Positions 52,680 to 62,590 of a stretch of 64,000 bases of DNA are shown here, in pieces (position 1 is the stretch's first letter; each line of letters starts with the position of its first letter). Location of the stretch: contig CANIGJ010000003.1 of assembly GCA_947467145.1 (NCBI GenBank), positions 143,065-207,064 on the forward strand, in the 5' to 3' direction. The notes under the pieces were generated by a model that searched no databases, was not told the origin of the DNA, and saw only the letters and a program-made list of their open reading frames with translations. The stretch comes from Rhodospirillaceae bacterium. Lineage in GTDB: Bacteria; Pseudomonadota; Alphaproteobacteria; Rhodospirillales; UBA2165. The position numbers and the translations under genes are program-made.

Positions 52680-54545
52680 ATGAGTGAATCCGCAGAATCG
52701 ACCTCGAAGGACGCCTCTGCCGGCTATCGCGTGCTGGCGCGCAGCTATCGCCCGTCCAATTTCGATACCCTGATCGGCCAGGATGCGATGGTGCGCACGC
52801 TCACCAACGCGTTCGAATCCGGCCGCCTGGCGCACGCCTTCGTGCTGACCGGGGTGCGCGGTGTCGGCAAGACCACCACCGCGCGTATTATTGCCCGCGC
52901 CCTCAATTGCATCGGCCCCGACGGCAAGGGTGGGCCGACCATCACGCCGTGCGGCGTGTGCGATATGTGCCGTTCCATCGCCGAGGATCGCCTCGTCGAC
53001 GTGATCGAAATGGACGCCGCGTCGAACACCGGTGTCGACAATATGCGCGAGCTTATCGACGGCGTGCGCTATCGCCCGGTGGCAGCCCGCTACAAGGTCT
53101 ACATCATCGACGAAGTGCACATGCTGTCGAAGGGCGCGTTCAACGCGCTGCTCAAGACGCTCGAAGAGCCGCCGGCGCACGTGAAGTTCATTTTCGCGAC
53201 GACCGAAATCCGCAAGGTGCCCGTCACCGTGCTGTCGCGCTGCCAGCGCTTCGATCTGCGCCGCGTCGATGTCGAAACCTTGATGACTTATTTCACGTCG
53301 GTGGCGGAACGCGAAGGCGCGAAGGTCGAAGAAGGTGCGATCCGCTTGATCGCGCGCTCGGCCGACGGTTCGGTGCGCGACGGTATGAGCCTGCTCGACC
53401 AGGCGATCGCGGTCGGCGCCGGCGAAGGCAAGCTGCTCACCGAAGGCGCGGTGCGCGATATGTTGGGCCTGGCCGACCGCGCGCGTTCGTTCGATATTTT
53501 CGAGCTGGTGATGGGCGGCGATGCGCAGGGCGCCATCAAGACCTTGGCCGAGGATTACGCCGCCGGCGCCGATCCGTTGATCCTGCTGCAAGACGTGCTC
53601 GATGTCGTGCATTGGGTGACGCGCTTGAAGGTCGCACCCAGTGCCGCCGACGATGCGATGGTGGCTGAGCTCGATCGCGTGCGCGGCAAGGCGCTGGCCG
53701 AAAAATTGTCGATGGGCGAATTGACGCGTGCCTGGCAGATGTTGCTGAAAGGCGTGCGCGAGGCGCAAGCCGCACCGGCGCCGCTGCAAGCCGCCGAGAT
53801 GATCCTGATCCGCCTCGCGTATCTGACCGATCTGCCGACGCCGGCCGATGCGGCCAAGGCGCTTGCGGGTGCAACCGTCTCTGCGCCCAATCCATCCGCA
53901 CCGTCGCGTCCATCGGGTGGGGCAGGACCTGCACCATCATCCTCTATGAGTTCCGCGCAATCGCGGACCACCATGCCGCAAGGGACAACGCATGGCGCGC
54001 CGACCGCGATGGCGCGCGCCGTCGCCCCGCAACCGCATATCGAGGCCGCGCCGCAGGTTGAGTTACGCAGTTTCGCCGACGTGATCGAACTGGCCCAGAC
54101 ACACGGCGAAGCCGTGCTGCGCGCCGAATTGATGCGCGCGATCCATCTGGTGTCGTTCCGCACCGGCCATATCGAAGTTCGTTTGACCGAAGGCGCGCCG
54201 CGCGACCTGCCGAACCGCATCAGCCGGTTTCTCGGCAATGTCACCGGCGCACGTTGGATGGTCGAGGTCGCGCAAAGCGGCGGCGCCGATACGGTTGGCG
54301 AACAGATGGATGCGCAGGTGCGCAGCAAGCGTGAGGACGTGAAACGCCATCCGTTGGTGCAATCGATCCTGCAGGCCTTTCCCGGCGCGGAGCTGGAACA
54401 GGTGAAGCAGATCGGCCCGGTGGCTTTGCCGGCCGCCTTTGCCACACCGGCACCGGGGCCGCGCCCCGATGCCGAACCGGGTGACGACGATTACGGCGAA
54501 GATAATTATATCGACGTCGATCCCGCCGGCGATCTCGATCTATGA
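52680..54545 (+). CDS. dnaX: DNA polymerase III subunit gamma/tau
   Basis: ORF 52635..54545 trimmed to the ATG at 52680, because the longer form overlaps the SRP RNA. YRVLARSYRPSNFDTLIGQD, the Walker A motif GVRGVGKTTTARI, the Zn module CGVCDMC, and the DEVHML and SRC motifs are all present. Confidence 0.9.
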   Translation: MSESAESTSKDASAGYRVLARSYRPSNFDTLIGQDAMVRTLTNAFESGRLAHAFVLTGVRGVGKTTTARIIARALNCIGPDGKGGPTITPCGVCDMCRSIAEDRLVDVIEMDAASNTGVDNMRELIDGVRYRPVAARYKVYIIDEVHMLSKGAFNALLKTLEEPPAHVKFIFATTEIRKVPVTVLSRCQRFDLRRVDVETLMTYFTSVAEREGAKVEEGAIRLIARSADGSVRDGMSLLDQAIAVGAGEGKLLTEGAVRDMLGLADRARSFDIFELVMGGDAQGAIKTLAEDYAAGADPLILLQDVLDVVHWVTRLKVAPSAADDAMVAELDRVRGKALAEKLSMGELTRAWQMLLKGVREAQAAPAPLQAAEMILIRLAYLTDLPTPADAAKALAGATVSAPNPSAPSRPSGGAGPAPSSSMSSAQSRTTMPQGTTHGAPTAMARAVAPQPHIEAAPQVELRSFADVIELAQTHGEAVLRAELMRAIHLVSFRTGHIEVRLTEGAPRDLPNRISRFLGNVTGARWMVEVAQSGGADTVGEQMDAQVRSKREDVKRHPLVQSILQAFPGAELEQVKQIGPVALPAAFATPAPGPRPDAEPGDDDYGEDNYIDVDPAGDLDL

Positions 54546-54567
54546 TCTTTCAGTTGAGTTGGATGCG

Positions 54568-54891
54568 ATGAAAAATCTCGGCCAAATGATGCGCCAAGCG
54601 CAGGAAATGCAGGAACGTCTCGCCCAGATGCAGGCGAACATGGCGGAACTGCAAGTGACCGGCACGGCCGGCGGCGGTCTGGTCGAAGTGACCGTGACCG
54701 GCAAGACCGAAGCCAAGCGCGTGCACATCGATCCGTCTTTGCTAAACGGCAGCGAGGCCGGTGTGCTCGAAGATCTGTTGGTCGCCGCGTTCAACGATGC
54801 GCGCGGCAAGGTCGAGGTGCAGATGGCCGAGCGCATGTCCGAACTGACCGGTGGCCTGCCGCTGCCGCCGGGCTTCAAGCTGCCGTTTTAA
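54568..54891 (+). CDS. ybaB: YbaB/EbfC family nucleoid-associated protein
   Basis: ORF 54439..54891 trimmed to the ATG at 54568. MKNLGQMMRQAQEMQERLAQMQ...GGGLVEVTVTG......+ID is the YbaB signature. 107 aa. Confidence 0.88.
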   Translation: MKNLGQMMRQAQEMQERLAQMQANMAELQVTGTAGGGLVEVTVTGKTEAKRVHIDPSLLNGSEAGVLEDLLVAAFNDARGKVEVQMAERMSELTGGLPLPPGFKLPF

Positions 54892-54897
54892 TCACGG

Positions 54898-55506
54898 ATG
54901 GCCGTCTCCGACATCGATCGGCTGGTGCAGATGCTGGCCAAGTTGCCGGGACTCGGCCCCCGTTCGGCGCGCCGCGCCGCACTGTTCCTGCTGACGCGCA
55001 AGGAGCAGGTTCTATCGCCGCTGGCGGATGCGCTGGCGCGGGCCGCGCAAACCGTGCGGATGTGTTCGACCTGTCACAATTTGGATACGACCGATCCGTG
55101 CGCCGTCTGCGCGAACCCGCTGCGCGACGGTGGTTTGATCTGCGTCGTCGAACAGGTCGCGGATCTGTGGGCGATCGAACGCACCAGTTCGTTCCGCGGG
55201 CGCTATCACGTGTTGGGTGGGGTGTTGTCGCCGCTCGACGGTGTCGGGCCGGACGATCTCGCCATCTCGGACCTCGTCGAACGGGTGAAAAGCGGCACGG
55301 TTAATGAAGTCGTGCTGGCGACCAGCGCCACGGTCGATGGCCGCACCACGGCGCACTACATCGCGGACCGTCTTACTGGTATTCAAGTGGCGGGTGCTGC
55401 AGTCGAGATCACTGCGCTGGCGCGCGGCATTCCTGTCGGCGGCGAACTCGATTACCTCGACGACGGCACCTTGGCTTCGGCGCTCAAGGATCGCCGCGCG
55501 GTTTAA
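54898..55506 (+). CDS. recR: Recombination protein RecR
   Basis: LAKLPGLGPRSARRAA (HhH), the C4 zinc finger CSTCHNL....CAVC, and a Toprim domain VCVVEQVADLWAIE. Confidence 0.9.
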   Translation: MAVSDIDRLVQMLAKLPGLGPRSARRAALFLLTRKEQVLSPLADALARAAQTVRMCSTCHNLDTTDPCAVCANPLRDGGLICVVEQVADLWAIERTSSFRGRYHVLGGVLSPLDGVGPDDLAISDLVERVKSGTVNEVVLATSATVDGRTTAHYIADRLTGIQVAGAAVEITALARGIPVGGELDYLDDGTLASALKDRRAV

Positions 55507-55512
55507 CTCAGA

Positions 55513-55770
55513 TCAAGGCTGGTTGTTGCGCAAGGTGTCGGTGACGATGCGCCGCGTCCGCGCCTCATCCTTGGCGCGATAGACCACGATCAGCGCCCAG
55601 GCGACGGCGATCACCCACATCGGAAAGGTCACCGGGCTGGCGAGGCTCAACGTGCCGATGAACAACAGGCCGGTGACGACGAACAGGATGAAGTTGAGGA
55701 TCGCCTGGAACCAGGCGCCGACCATCAAAAGGGCGAGCGGCGGAAAGACGAGGGCGACGAGATAAAGCAT
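55513..55770 (-). CDS. Small integral membrane protein (2-3 TM), function unknown
   Basis: 85 aa and strongly hydrophobic (MLYLVALVFPPLALLMVGAWFQAILNFILFVVTGLLFIG...) with a basic C-terminal tail. The family was not recognised with confidence. Confidence 0.5.
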   Translation of the reverse strand: MLYLVALVFPPLALLMVGAWFQAILNFILFVVTGLLFIGTLSLASPVTFPMWVIAVAWALIVVYRAKDEARTRRIVTDTLRNNQP

Positions 55771-55885
55771 CTGACGGGTCCCATATTGGCGCGACGTAAA
55801 ATATATTTAGCGCGGTTCGTATATAATGCTAGGGATACGCGTAAATTCCCCGTTACTTATTTATGGGGCTGGGCAGGGTAGGGAT

Positions 55886-56134
55886 ATGCCAACAAACGTC
55901 GTCGGAACCATTATCAAGCTGCTGATCGCGTCCTTGATCGTCGGTGTCATCCTGAGCTGGATGGACCTGGATGCGATGGGCTTTCTGCGTTGGATCGGCC
56001 ATTCGTTCAGCGACATCGTCGCTTTCTTCGGCGAATTCGCGCGCTGGGCGCTGGGCCCGATCCTGGTCGGCGCCGTGCTGGTGGTGCCGATCTGGCTGAT
56101 CTTCTTCCTGATCGGCAGAGCCAGAGGAAGGTAA
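55886..56134 (+). CDS. Small membrane protein, function unknown
   Basis: ORF 55826..56134 trimmed to the ATG at 55886, which follows GGGTAGGGA. 82 aa with two hydrophobic segments (IIKLLIASLIVGVILSW; ILVGAVLVVPIWLIFFLIG). Confidence 0.45.
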   Translation: MPTNVVGTIIKLLIASLIVGVILSWMDLDAMGFLRWIGHSFSDIVAFFGEFARWALGPILVGAVLVVPIWLIFFLIGRARGR

Positions 56135-57559
56135 TTACTCCGCCGCGTCGCGGCTCGCGTCGCGCAGCAGCGGCAGCTCGTCGTCAGCTTCGCTGAGCAG
56201 GGACGCAGGCAGCGCCTTGTTGGTCTTGGCGCCCATATCCTTCAACTGTTCGACCTGACGCACGATGTTGCCGGGCCCGCTGGACAGCTGCTTCACACTT
56301 TCGGTATAGCTGTCCTTGGCGCGGTCGAGATGCGTGCCGACCTTTTCGAGGTTTTGTGCGAAGCCGACGAACTTGTCGTAGAGCAGCCCGGCGCGCTTGG
56401 CGATCTCGTCCGCATTGCGGTTGCGTCGCTCGACCTGCCACAGATTGCTGATGGTGCGCAGCGCGATCATCAGGGTCGTCGGCGTGGCGATCTGCACATT
56501 GCTTTCGATGGCATAGCCGGTCAACGCCGCATCGTTCTGTAACGCGGCGGCAAGCGCTCCTTCGATCGGCACGAACATGATGACGTAATCGAGGTTGGAT
56601 CCGGCGGCGGTCTGGTAATCCTTGCCGCTCAGGATTTTGATATGCGCGCGTAAAGATGTGAGATGCGCCTTCAAGTGCGCTGCGCGTTCCAGCTCTTCGG
56701 CGACGTTGCAGTAATTCTCGAACGCGGTCAGCGAGACCTTGGAATCGATCACCACACGCTGGCCGTTGGGCAGGTTGACGATGACGTCGGAGCGCACGCG
56801 CCCGCCGTCGACCGCGTGACTGGTCTGCGTGATGTATTCCTCGCCCGCGCGTAATCCTGAGCGTTCGAGGATACTTTCCAGGATCATTTCGCCCCACGCC
56901 CCTTGGGTCTGCGTTTCGCCTTTGAGCGCGCGGGTCAGGTTTGTCGTCTCCGTCATCATCTGCGTGCTGGTCTGGGTCAGGCCCTTGATCTGCTCGGCCA
57001 GGGTGATGCGTTCGCGATTGCTTTCGGTATGCGCGGTGTGCAGCGATTTCTGGAATTCCTCCAGTCGCGTGCGCAGCGGCGTCAGCAGGACATTCATCTG
57101 CTCCTTGTTCTGCTCGGCGAAGGTGACCGAGTGGCCCTTCATGATTTCCTGCGACAGGGCCTGGAATTCCAGTTTCATTTCCTGGCGCGCGGCGTTCAGC
57201 AACGCGAGTTTCTCTTCGGCCTGTTTGCGCTCCTGCGCCAGGCTTTCGCCCAGCTTGGCATGACGCGCGTTCAGCTCGCTGAGTTCGCGGGCAACCTCGT
57301 CGCGCTGGCGGATGGCCGTATCGCGCTCGGTTTTGATCTCGGCGGCGCGGTTGTCCGCATTGCGCAGATTGGCTTCGGCGATCTCGGCCTTGGTGCGGTG
57401 TTCGTGGGCGATGGAGGTCAGGCGCGCGATCTCGGCCTGCTGGGCCAGGTCGGCCCGTTCGGTGTCGGCGAGGGCCGCTTCGGCGCCTTTCCAGCGCCAC
57501 GCGAAAAAGGCCGCCGCCGCCAAGGCCAGGACCGCCAGACCACCCAAGAAAAGTTCCAT
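56135..57559 (-). CDS. rmuC: DNA recombination protein RmuC
   Basis: ORF 56135..57628 trimmed to the ATG at 57559, which follows GGAGGAA. It has an N-terminal TM segment, a long coiled-coil and a C-terminal RmuC nuclease-like domain (GAWGEMILESILE...DYVIMFVPIEGA). Confidence 0.85.
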   Translation of the reverse strand: MELFLGGLAVLALAAAAFFAWRWKGAEAALADTERADLAQQAEIARLTSIAHEHRTKAEIAEANLRNADNRAAEIKTERDTAIRQRDEVARELSELNARHAKLGESLAQERKQAEEKLALLNAARQEMKLEFQALSQEIMKGHSVTFAEQNKEQMNVLLTPLRTRLEEFQKSLHTAHTESNRERITLAEQIKGLTQTSTQMMTETTNLTRALKGETQTQGAWGEMILESILERSGLRAGEEYITQTSHAVDGGRVRSDVIVNLPNGQRVVIDSKVSLTAFENYCNVAEELERAAHLKAHLTSLRAHIKILSGKDYQTAAGSNLDYVIMFVPIEGALAAALQNDAALTGYAIESNVQIATPTTLMIALRTISNLWQVERRNRNADEIAKRAGLLYDKFVGFAQNLEKVGTHLDRAKDSYTESVKQLSSGPGNIVRQVEQLKDMGAKTNKALPASLLSEADDELPLLRDASRDAAE

Positions 57560-57699
57560 ATTCGTTCCTCCGCCCGCCATCCTGCCCGAGCGGCCGAAAT
57601 CGATCAATTTGGGGTGCAAAACCCGCATAATTCCGGGGAAATCTTGACCAGGTGCCAGCGCTGGCCTATCTCCATCCGCGAATCGAGGATTTTAGGTTC

Positions 57700-58221
57700 A
57701 TGGCCCAGCTCTCCATCATCGTGGCACCCGATCCGCGCCTCAACCAGCCTTGCGAAAAGGTTGTGTCGGTGGACGCCGATCTCGTGCGCCTGATGGACGA
57801 CATGCTGGAGACCATGTACGCCGCCCCCGGCATCGGCCTCGCCGCCCCCCAGGTCGGCGTGCTCAAGCGCATCGTCGTGATCGACGTGTCGAAAGACCCG
57901 GACCACCCCAAACCGATGCAGCTCGTGAACCCCGAGATCGTGTGGGCATCGGACGAGCTGAGCGATTACGAGGAAGGCTGCCTGTCCTTGCCCGATCATT
58001 ATTCGCAGGTGACGCGCCCGGCGCGTGTGCGCGTGCGCTACATGGACCGCACAGGCGAGACGCAGGAGATCGAAGCCGACGGCCTACTCGCGGTTTGTTT
58101 GCAGCACGAGATGGATCATCTCGAAGGCGTGCTGTTCGTCGATCACATTTCCAAGCTCAAGCGCAACGTGATCCTGCGCAAACTTCAGAAATCCAAGAAG
58201 CAGGCGATGGTCGACGCCTAG
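57700..58221 (+). CDS. def: Peptide deformylase
   Basis: ORF 57652..58221 trimmed to the ATG at 57700. The three PDF motifs GIGLAAPQVG, EGCLSLP and QHEMDHLEG are present. Confidence 0.9.
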   Translation: MAQLSIIVAPDPRLNQPCEKVVSVDADLVRLMDDMLETMYAAPGIGLAAPQVGVLKRIVVIDVSKDPDHPKPMQLVNPEIVWASDELSDYEEGCLSLPDHYSQVTRPARVRVRYMDRTGETQEIEADGLLAVCLQHEMDHLEGVLFVDHISKLKRNVILRKLQKSKKQAMVDA

Positions 58222-58240
58222 CGACCCGAAAGGCCCGCGC

Positions 58241-59161
58241 ATGACACACCGTCTTCGCGTCGCCTTCATGGGCACGCCCGATTTTTCCGTTCCGGCACTC
58301 ACGGCCCTGATCGATGCCGGTCACGAGATCGTCTGCGTCTATTCACAGCCGCCGCGCCCGGCCGGGCGCGGGCAGAAGGAACGCCCGTCCGCGGTGCATG
58401 CGGCGGCCGTGGAACGTGGCATCGATGTGCGCACGCCGGTCTCGTTGAAGACGGTGGAGGCGCTGGCGGACTTCGCCGCCCTTAATTTGGATGTCGCGGT
58501 CGTCGTCGCTTACGGGCTGATTCTACCCAAAGCGATCCTGGCGGCGCCGCGTTTGGGCTGTCTCAATATTCACGCCTCCTTGTTGCCGCGCTGGCGCGGC
58601 GCGGCGCCGATCCAACGCGCGATCCTGGCGGGCGATGCCGAGACGGGCGTGACCATCATGCAGATGGACGAAGGCCTCGATACCGGCGCCATGCTGCTGA
58701 CCCGCAAGTTGCCGATCACGGCCGCCACGACGGCGGGCAGCTTGCACGATGCGCTGTCGGACCTCGGCTCACAGATGATCGTCGAAGCGCTCGACAATAT
58801 TGAAACGCTCAAGCCGATGCCGCAGCCGGCGGATGGCGTGACGTATGCTGCCAAGATCACGCGCGACGAAGCCAAGATCGATTGGACCAAAAGTGCGGTC
58901 GAGATCGATCGTCAGGTGCGGGGCTTTGCGCCGGTGCCGGGGGCGTGGTTCCAGAACGGTAATGACCGGATCAAGATCCTCGCGGCGACGCCGGCCAAGG
59001 CGAAGGGCGAACCTGGAACGGTGATCGATGCGCTGCCGACTATCGCATGCGGTGAGGGCGGCTTGATCCTGACGCGCGTGCAGCGCGAAGGCAAAGGCCC
59101 GATGGCCATCGGCGATTTCCTGCGCGGCTACGCGCTGCCGCCCGGAACGAAACTGGGCTGA
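58241..59161 (+). CDS. fmt: Methionyl-tRNA formyltransferase
   Basis: RVAFMGTPDFSVPAL, NIHASLLPRWRGAAPIQRAI, and a C-terminal Fmt domain. It is located between def and truA. Confidence 0.9.
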   Translation: MTHRLRVAFMGTPDFSVPALTALIDAGHEIVCVYSQPPRPAGRGQKERPSAVHAAAVERGIDVRTPVSLKTVEALADFAALNLDVAVVVAYGLILPKAILAAPRLGCLNIHASLLPRWRGAAPIQRAILAGDAETGVTIMQMDEGLDTGAMLLTRKLPITAATTAGSLHDALSDLGSQMIVEALDNIETLKPMPQPADGVTYAAKITRDEAKIDWTKSAVEIDRQVRGFAPVPGAWFQNGNDRIKILAATPAKAKGEPGTVIDALPTIACGEGGLILTRVQREGKGPMAIGDFLRGYALPPGTKLG

Positions 59162-59162
59162 T

Positions 59163-59906
59163 ATGGCGCGCTGGAAACTCACCATCGAATATGACGGCAC
59201 CGACTTTGTCGGCTGGCAGCGCCAGCTCAATGGCATGAGTGTGCAGCAGGCGATCGAAGAGGCGATCTTTGCGTTCTGCGGTGAACAATGCGTGCTACAT
59301 GCGGCTGGGCGCACCGATGCGGGCGTGCACGCTTTCGGTCAAGTGGCTCACGTGGACATCGTCAAGGACACCGATGCCAACGTCATACGCAATGCGCTGA
59401 ATTTCCATCTGCGGTTCCATCGCGTCTCGATCTTGGCGGTCGAGGGCGTGAGCGATGAGTTCCACGCGCGTTTCAGCGCGATCCAGCGCGCCTATTTCTA
59501 TCGCATTCTCGATCGCCGTCCGCCGCCGGCGCTGAAAAAAGGGCGCGTATGGTGGATCGCCATGCCACTCGACGTTGCGGCGATGCATGCGGCGGCGCAG
59601 CTGCTGCCCGGCAAGCGCGACTTTTCGACCTTCCGCGCCGCCAATTGTCAGGCCGATGGGCCGGTGAAGACGCTCGACGTGCTGACGGCGGAACGTATCG
59701 GCGAAGAGATCCATATCCGCGCGCGGGCGCGCTCGTTCCTTTATCACCAGGTGCGCAACATGGTGGGCTCGCTCAAGATGGTCGGCGAGGGGAAGTGGAG
59801 CCTCGACGATTTCGTTGCAGCGCGCGATGCCGCCGACCGCACGCTCGGCGGGCCGACCGCGCCGCCCGAAGGCTTGTATCTCACCGACGTGGTCTATCCC
59901 GCATGA
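59163..59906 (+). CDS. truA: tRNA pseudouridine(38-40) synthase
   Basis: W.LTIEYDGTDFVGWQRQ, the catalytic AGRTDAGVHA motif, and SFLYHQVRNMVG. Confidence 0.9.
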   Translation: MARWKLTIEYDGTDFVGWQRQLNGMSVQQAIEEAIFAFCGEQCVLHAAGRTDAGVHAFGQVAHVDIVKDTDANVIRNALNFHLRFHRVSILAVEGVSDEFHARFSAIQRAYFYRILDRRPPPALKKGRVWWIAMPLDVAAMHAAAQLLPGKRDFSTFRAANCQADGPVKTLDVLTAERIGEEIHIRARARSFLYHQVRNMVGSLKMVGEGKWSLDDFVAARDAADRTLGGPTAPPEGLYLTDVVYPA

Positions 59907-61285
59907 CCCTGCGCCTGCCGCAGATTGTCGTTATTGCCGCCGCCATCGCGGGCGCGATCTTTCTGCTGATGCCGGTGCCGGCGGGGATGAACCCGGTGAT
60001 GATGCGCGCCGCCGCCGTGATCGTGGTGGCGCTGGGCATCTGGTCGACTGGCGCGATGCCGTCCTATTTCGGTTCGTTGCTGTTCCTGTTCGCTTCCATG
60101 GTGCTCGTTGTCGCCCCCGCACCCATCGTGTTTTCGGGCTTTCACGCGGGTGCGACCTGGCTGGTGTTCGGCGGCCTCGTGATCGGGCTCGCCGTCCAGC
60201 GCACCGGCCTCGACGTGCGCTTGGTGCGCGGCATGCTCGATCTATTCCCGCGCTCCTATCTCGCACTCACCTACGGCATTTTCGCCGGCGGCACGGCGAT
60301 GACCCTGGTGGTGCCGTCGGCGTCGGGCCGCGTCGCCCTCATCGTGCCCGTCGTCATGGCGCTCGCCGGCAAGCTTGGCTTCGGTGCCGATTCCAAAGGC
60401 CGCACCGGCTTGGTGATGGCCGCGACCATGGGCACCATGACGCCGGGCTTTTCGATCCTGCCGGCCAATGTGCCGAACATGGGGCTCTATGGCGCGGTCG
60501 AAAGCATCTACGGCATTCATCTGACGTTTGCCGATTATACGTTGTTGAATTTTCCGGTGCTCGGCATTGCCGCACTGATTTTCTATCCGCTGATCATCTG
60601 GGCGCTGTTCCGCGAAGTCCCGGTGCAGGACGATACGCACGAAGCCGCTGCACCGTGGAGTGCCACTGAACTTCGCCTGTCCGCGATCCTGCTGCTGGCG
60701 CTGGCCTTGTGGGTGACCGATCGTTGGCATGGCGTGTCGCCTGCCTGGGTGGCGCTCGGTGCGGCGCTGTTGATGGTCACGCCACGCGTCGGTGCGTTGC
60801 CGATCCCCGCATTGGCTCGCGATCTCGATTACGGGCCGGTGCTGTTCGTCGCCGGCATCATCGGTTTAGGCGCGGTGGTGACCAGCACGGGCCTCGGCGA
60901 ATTGGTCGCCGGGCATGTGTTGGGTTTGGTGCCGTTGGCGCCGGGGCACGATGCGCTCAATTTCGCGATCATCACCGCGGTTGGCATGGTGGTCGGCTTG
61001 ATCACGACGTTGCCGGCGCAGCCTTCGGTGATCGTGCCCTTGGCACAGCATATGGCCGATGCGGCGGGCTGGCCGTTGATGAGCGTGCTGCTGGCGCCCA
61101 CGGCGAGCTGGTCGGTCTTTCCGTTCTATTATCAGACGCCGCCGGTGGTGCTGGCCGTCGCACTCGCCAATCTGCGCATCGGACGCGTCACGGCGCTGCT
61201 CTGCGCCTATATGATCTTCGCACTCATATTCGTCCTGCCGCTCCACTATCTGTGGGGCCGCGCACTCGGTTATTTCGGCGGCTAG
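59903..61285 (+). CDS. SLC13/DASS (ArsB/NhaD superfamily) anion permease
   Basis: ORF 59549..61285 trimmed to the ATG at 59903, which overlaps the truA stop (ATGA). About 460 aa and polytopic. The two halves look like an inverted repeat, with ...SNTA-like hairpin regions (VPSASGRV; LPAQPSVI). The family call is by pattern only. Confidence 0.65.
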   Translation: MTLRLPQIVVIAAAIAGAIFLLMPVPAGMNPVMMRAAAVIVVALGIWSTGAMPSYFGSLLFLFASMVLVVAPAPIVFSGFHAGATWLVFGGLVIGLAVQRTGLDVRLVRGMLDLFPRSYLALTYGIFAGGTAMTLVVPSASGRVALIVPVVMALAGKLGFGADSKGRTGLVMAATMGTMTPGFSILPANVPNMGLYGAVESIYGIHLTFADYTLLNFPVLGIAALIFYPLIIWALFREVPVQDDTHEAAAPWSATELRLSAILLLALALWVTDRWHGVSPAWVALGAALLMVTPRVGALPIPALARDLDYGPVLFVAGIIGLGAVVTSTGLGELVAGHVLGLVPLAPGHDALNFAIITAVGMVVGLITTLPAQPSVIVPLAQHMADAAGWPLMSVLLAPTASWSVFPFYYQTPPVVLAVALANLRIGRVTALLCAYMIFALIFVLPLHYLWGRALGYFGG

Positions 61286-61920
61286 ACTTTAGACGAAGGG
61301 CGCGCCGAAATCTGATCGCACCAGCGTTGCAGATTCTTGTGGCTCTCAGGGATGGCGATCTTCTGGCGCTTGGCGAAATCAATCGCAATAAGCGCGGTGA
61401 TGTCCGCGACCGAATAGATATCGGCGCCGACGAATTCGCTTTCAGCCAGACGCTTATCCAGAAAATCGTGCACCCAGGCGATGCGTTTGCGCCCGCGTTC
61501 GGCCAGCGCCGGGATCTGCTCGAACGAAATCGGACCGGTGAGGCCGCGATCCTTCATGCCGGGCGCGGTGTTGCGCAGCATCTCGGCGCCGCCGATGAAG
61601 CCGTCCCATTCGCAACGATGTTCCCACATGGCGATGACGCCCGCTTCCTTCGCGTTGCGGCCCATGAGCGGCGGCTCGGGGAAGGCCGCTTCGAGATAGC
61701 GGCAGCAGGCGATGGATTCCGAAATGCAGGTGCCGTCGTCGAGTTCGAGCGCCGGCACCGTGCAATGCGGATTGATGCGCGCGAATTCGGGCGTGAAATG
61801 CTGCCCGCCGCGCAGATCCACCTGCACGATCTCGATCTTATCCAACAAGCCCTTTTCCGCGATGAAGATGCGCACGCGGCGCGGGCTGGGGGCGGGCTGG
61901 CAATCGTAGAATTTGATCAT
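61282..61920 (-). CDS. Glutathione S-transferase family protein
   Basis: 212 aa. The N-terminal part is KFYDCQPAPSPRRVRIFIAEKGL....NP...VPALELDDGT.ISES.AI.RYLE. The C-terminal domain is a helical GST domain. Confidence 0.8.
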   Translation of the reverse strand: MIKFYDCQPAPSPRRVRIFIAEKGLLDKIEIVQVDLRGGQHFTPEFARINPHCTVPALELDDGTCISESIACCRYLEAAFPEPPLMGRNAKEAGVIAMWEHRCEWDGFIGGAEMLRNTAPGMKDRGLTGPISFEQIPALAERGRKRIAWVHDFLDKRLAESEFVGADIYSVADITALIAIDFAKRQKIAIPESHKNLQRWCDQISARPSSKV

Positions 61921-61925
61921 CGGAG

Positions 61926-62570
61926 TTATTCCGCGTCGGGTTGGTTCTCAGGTGCCGCTTTGATGAAGGCCGGATGTTTCAGGCAGGCCTGTTCGATCTT
62001 CAGCACGGTCGGAAAGGCATCGTAGCTGATCTTGAACATGCGCCCGTTGGCGAGCTGCGGGATCAGGCAGGCATCGGCCATGCTCGGCGTATCGCCATGG
62101 CTGAAGGCACCGGTCGCTGGATTGTTGGCGACGAGGGCTTCGTAGGCTTCGAGGCCGAGATGGATCCATTTCTCGATCCAGGTCCGCATGCCGTCGGCAC
62201 CGCCCTTCAGATCGTCGCGCACATAATTGCGCACCCTCAGATTATTGATGGGGTGGATGTCGCAGGCGATGATGTTGGCCAGCGCACGCACGCGCGCCCG
62301 GCCGGCGGCATCCTTCGGCAGGATCGGCGCACCCGGCTTGGTTTCCTCGATATATTCCATGATCGCCATGGATTGGGTGAGCTTGAGATCGCCGTCGATC
62401 AAGGTCGGCACCAGCTTCTGCGGATTGATCGCGGCATATTCGGGTTTGAGCTGCTCACCGCCGTTACGCGTCAGATGCACGAAGGTCTGTTCGTACTCGA
62501 GCCCTTTGATATTGAGGGCGATGCGCGTGCGATAGGCGGCGCCGGAACGGAAATAATCGTAAAGCTTCAT
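61926..62570 (-). CDS. maiA: Maleylacetoacetate isomerase (zeta-class GST)
   Basis: MKLYDYFRSGAAYRTRIALNIKGL...INPQKLVPTLIDGD..LTQSMAIMEYIEE is the zeta-class signature (SSxxxRxRIAL-like). Confidence 0.8.
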   Translation of the reverse strand: MKLYDYFRSGAAYRTRIALNIKGLEYEQTFVHLTRNGGEQLKPEYAAINPQKLVPTLIDGDLKLTQSMAIMEYIEETKPGAPILPKDAAGRARVRALANIIACDIHPINNLRVRNYVRDDLKGGADGMRTWIEKWIHLGLEAYEALVANNPATGAFSHGDTPSMADACLIPQLANGRMFKISYDAFPTVLKIEQACLKHPAFIKAAPENQPDAE

Positions 62571-62590
62571 ATGAATGGGTCTCTTCTAAT

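Noticed and set aside
52680-54545. Possible programmed -1 frameshift site in dnaX, as in the E. coli A AAA AAG site that produces the gamma subunit.
   Set aside because: I scanned the gene by eye and found no A AAA AAG or similar slippery heptamer followed by a hairpin. In alphaproteobacteria such as Caulobacter, the shorter form is made by proteolysis rather than by frameshifting.
55771-55885. An AT-rich intergenic stretch containing TAAAATATATTTA and TATATAAT between two small membrane-protein genes.
   Set aside because: It probably just holds divergent promoters (a TATAAT-like -10 element). The near-palindrome is low-complexity AT sequence, and I could not define a convincing -35/-10 pair or a structured RNA.
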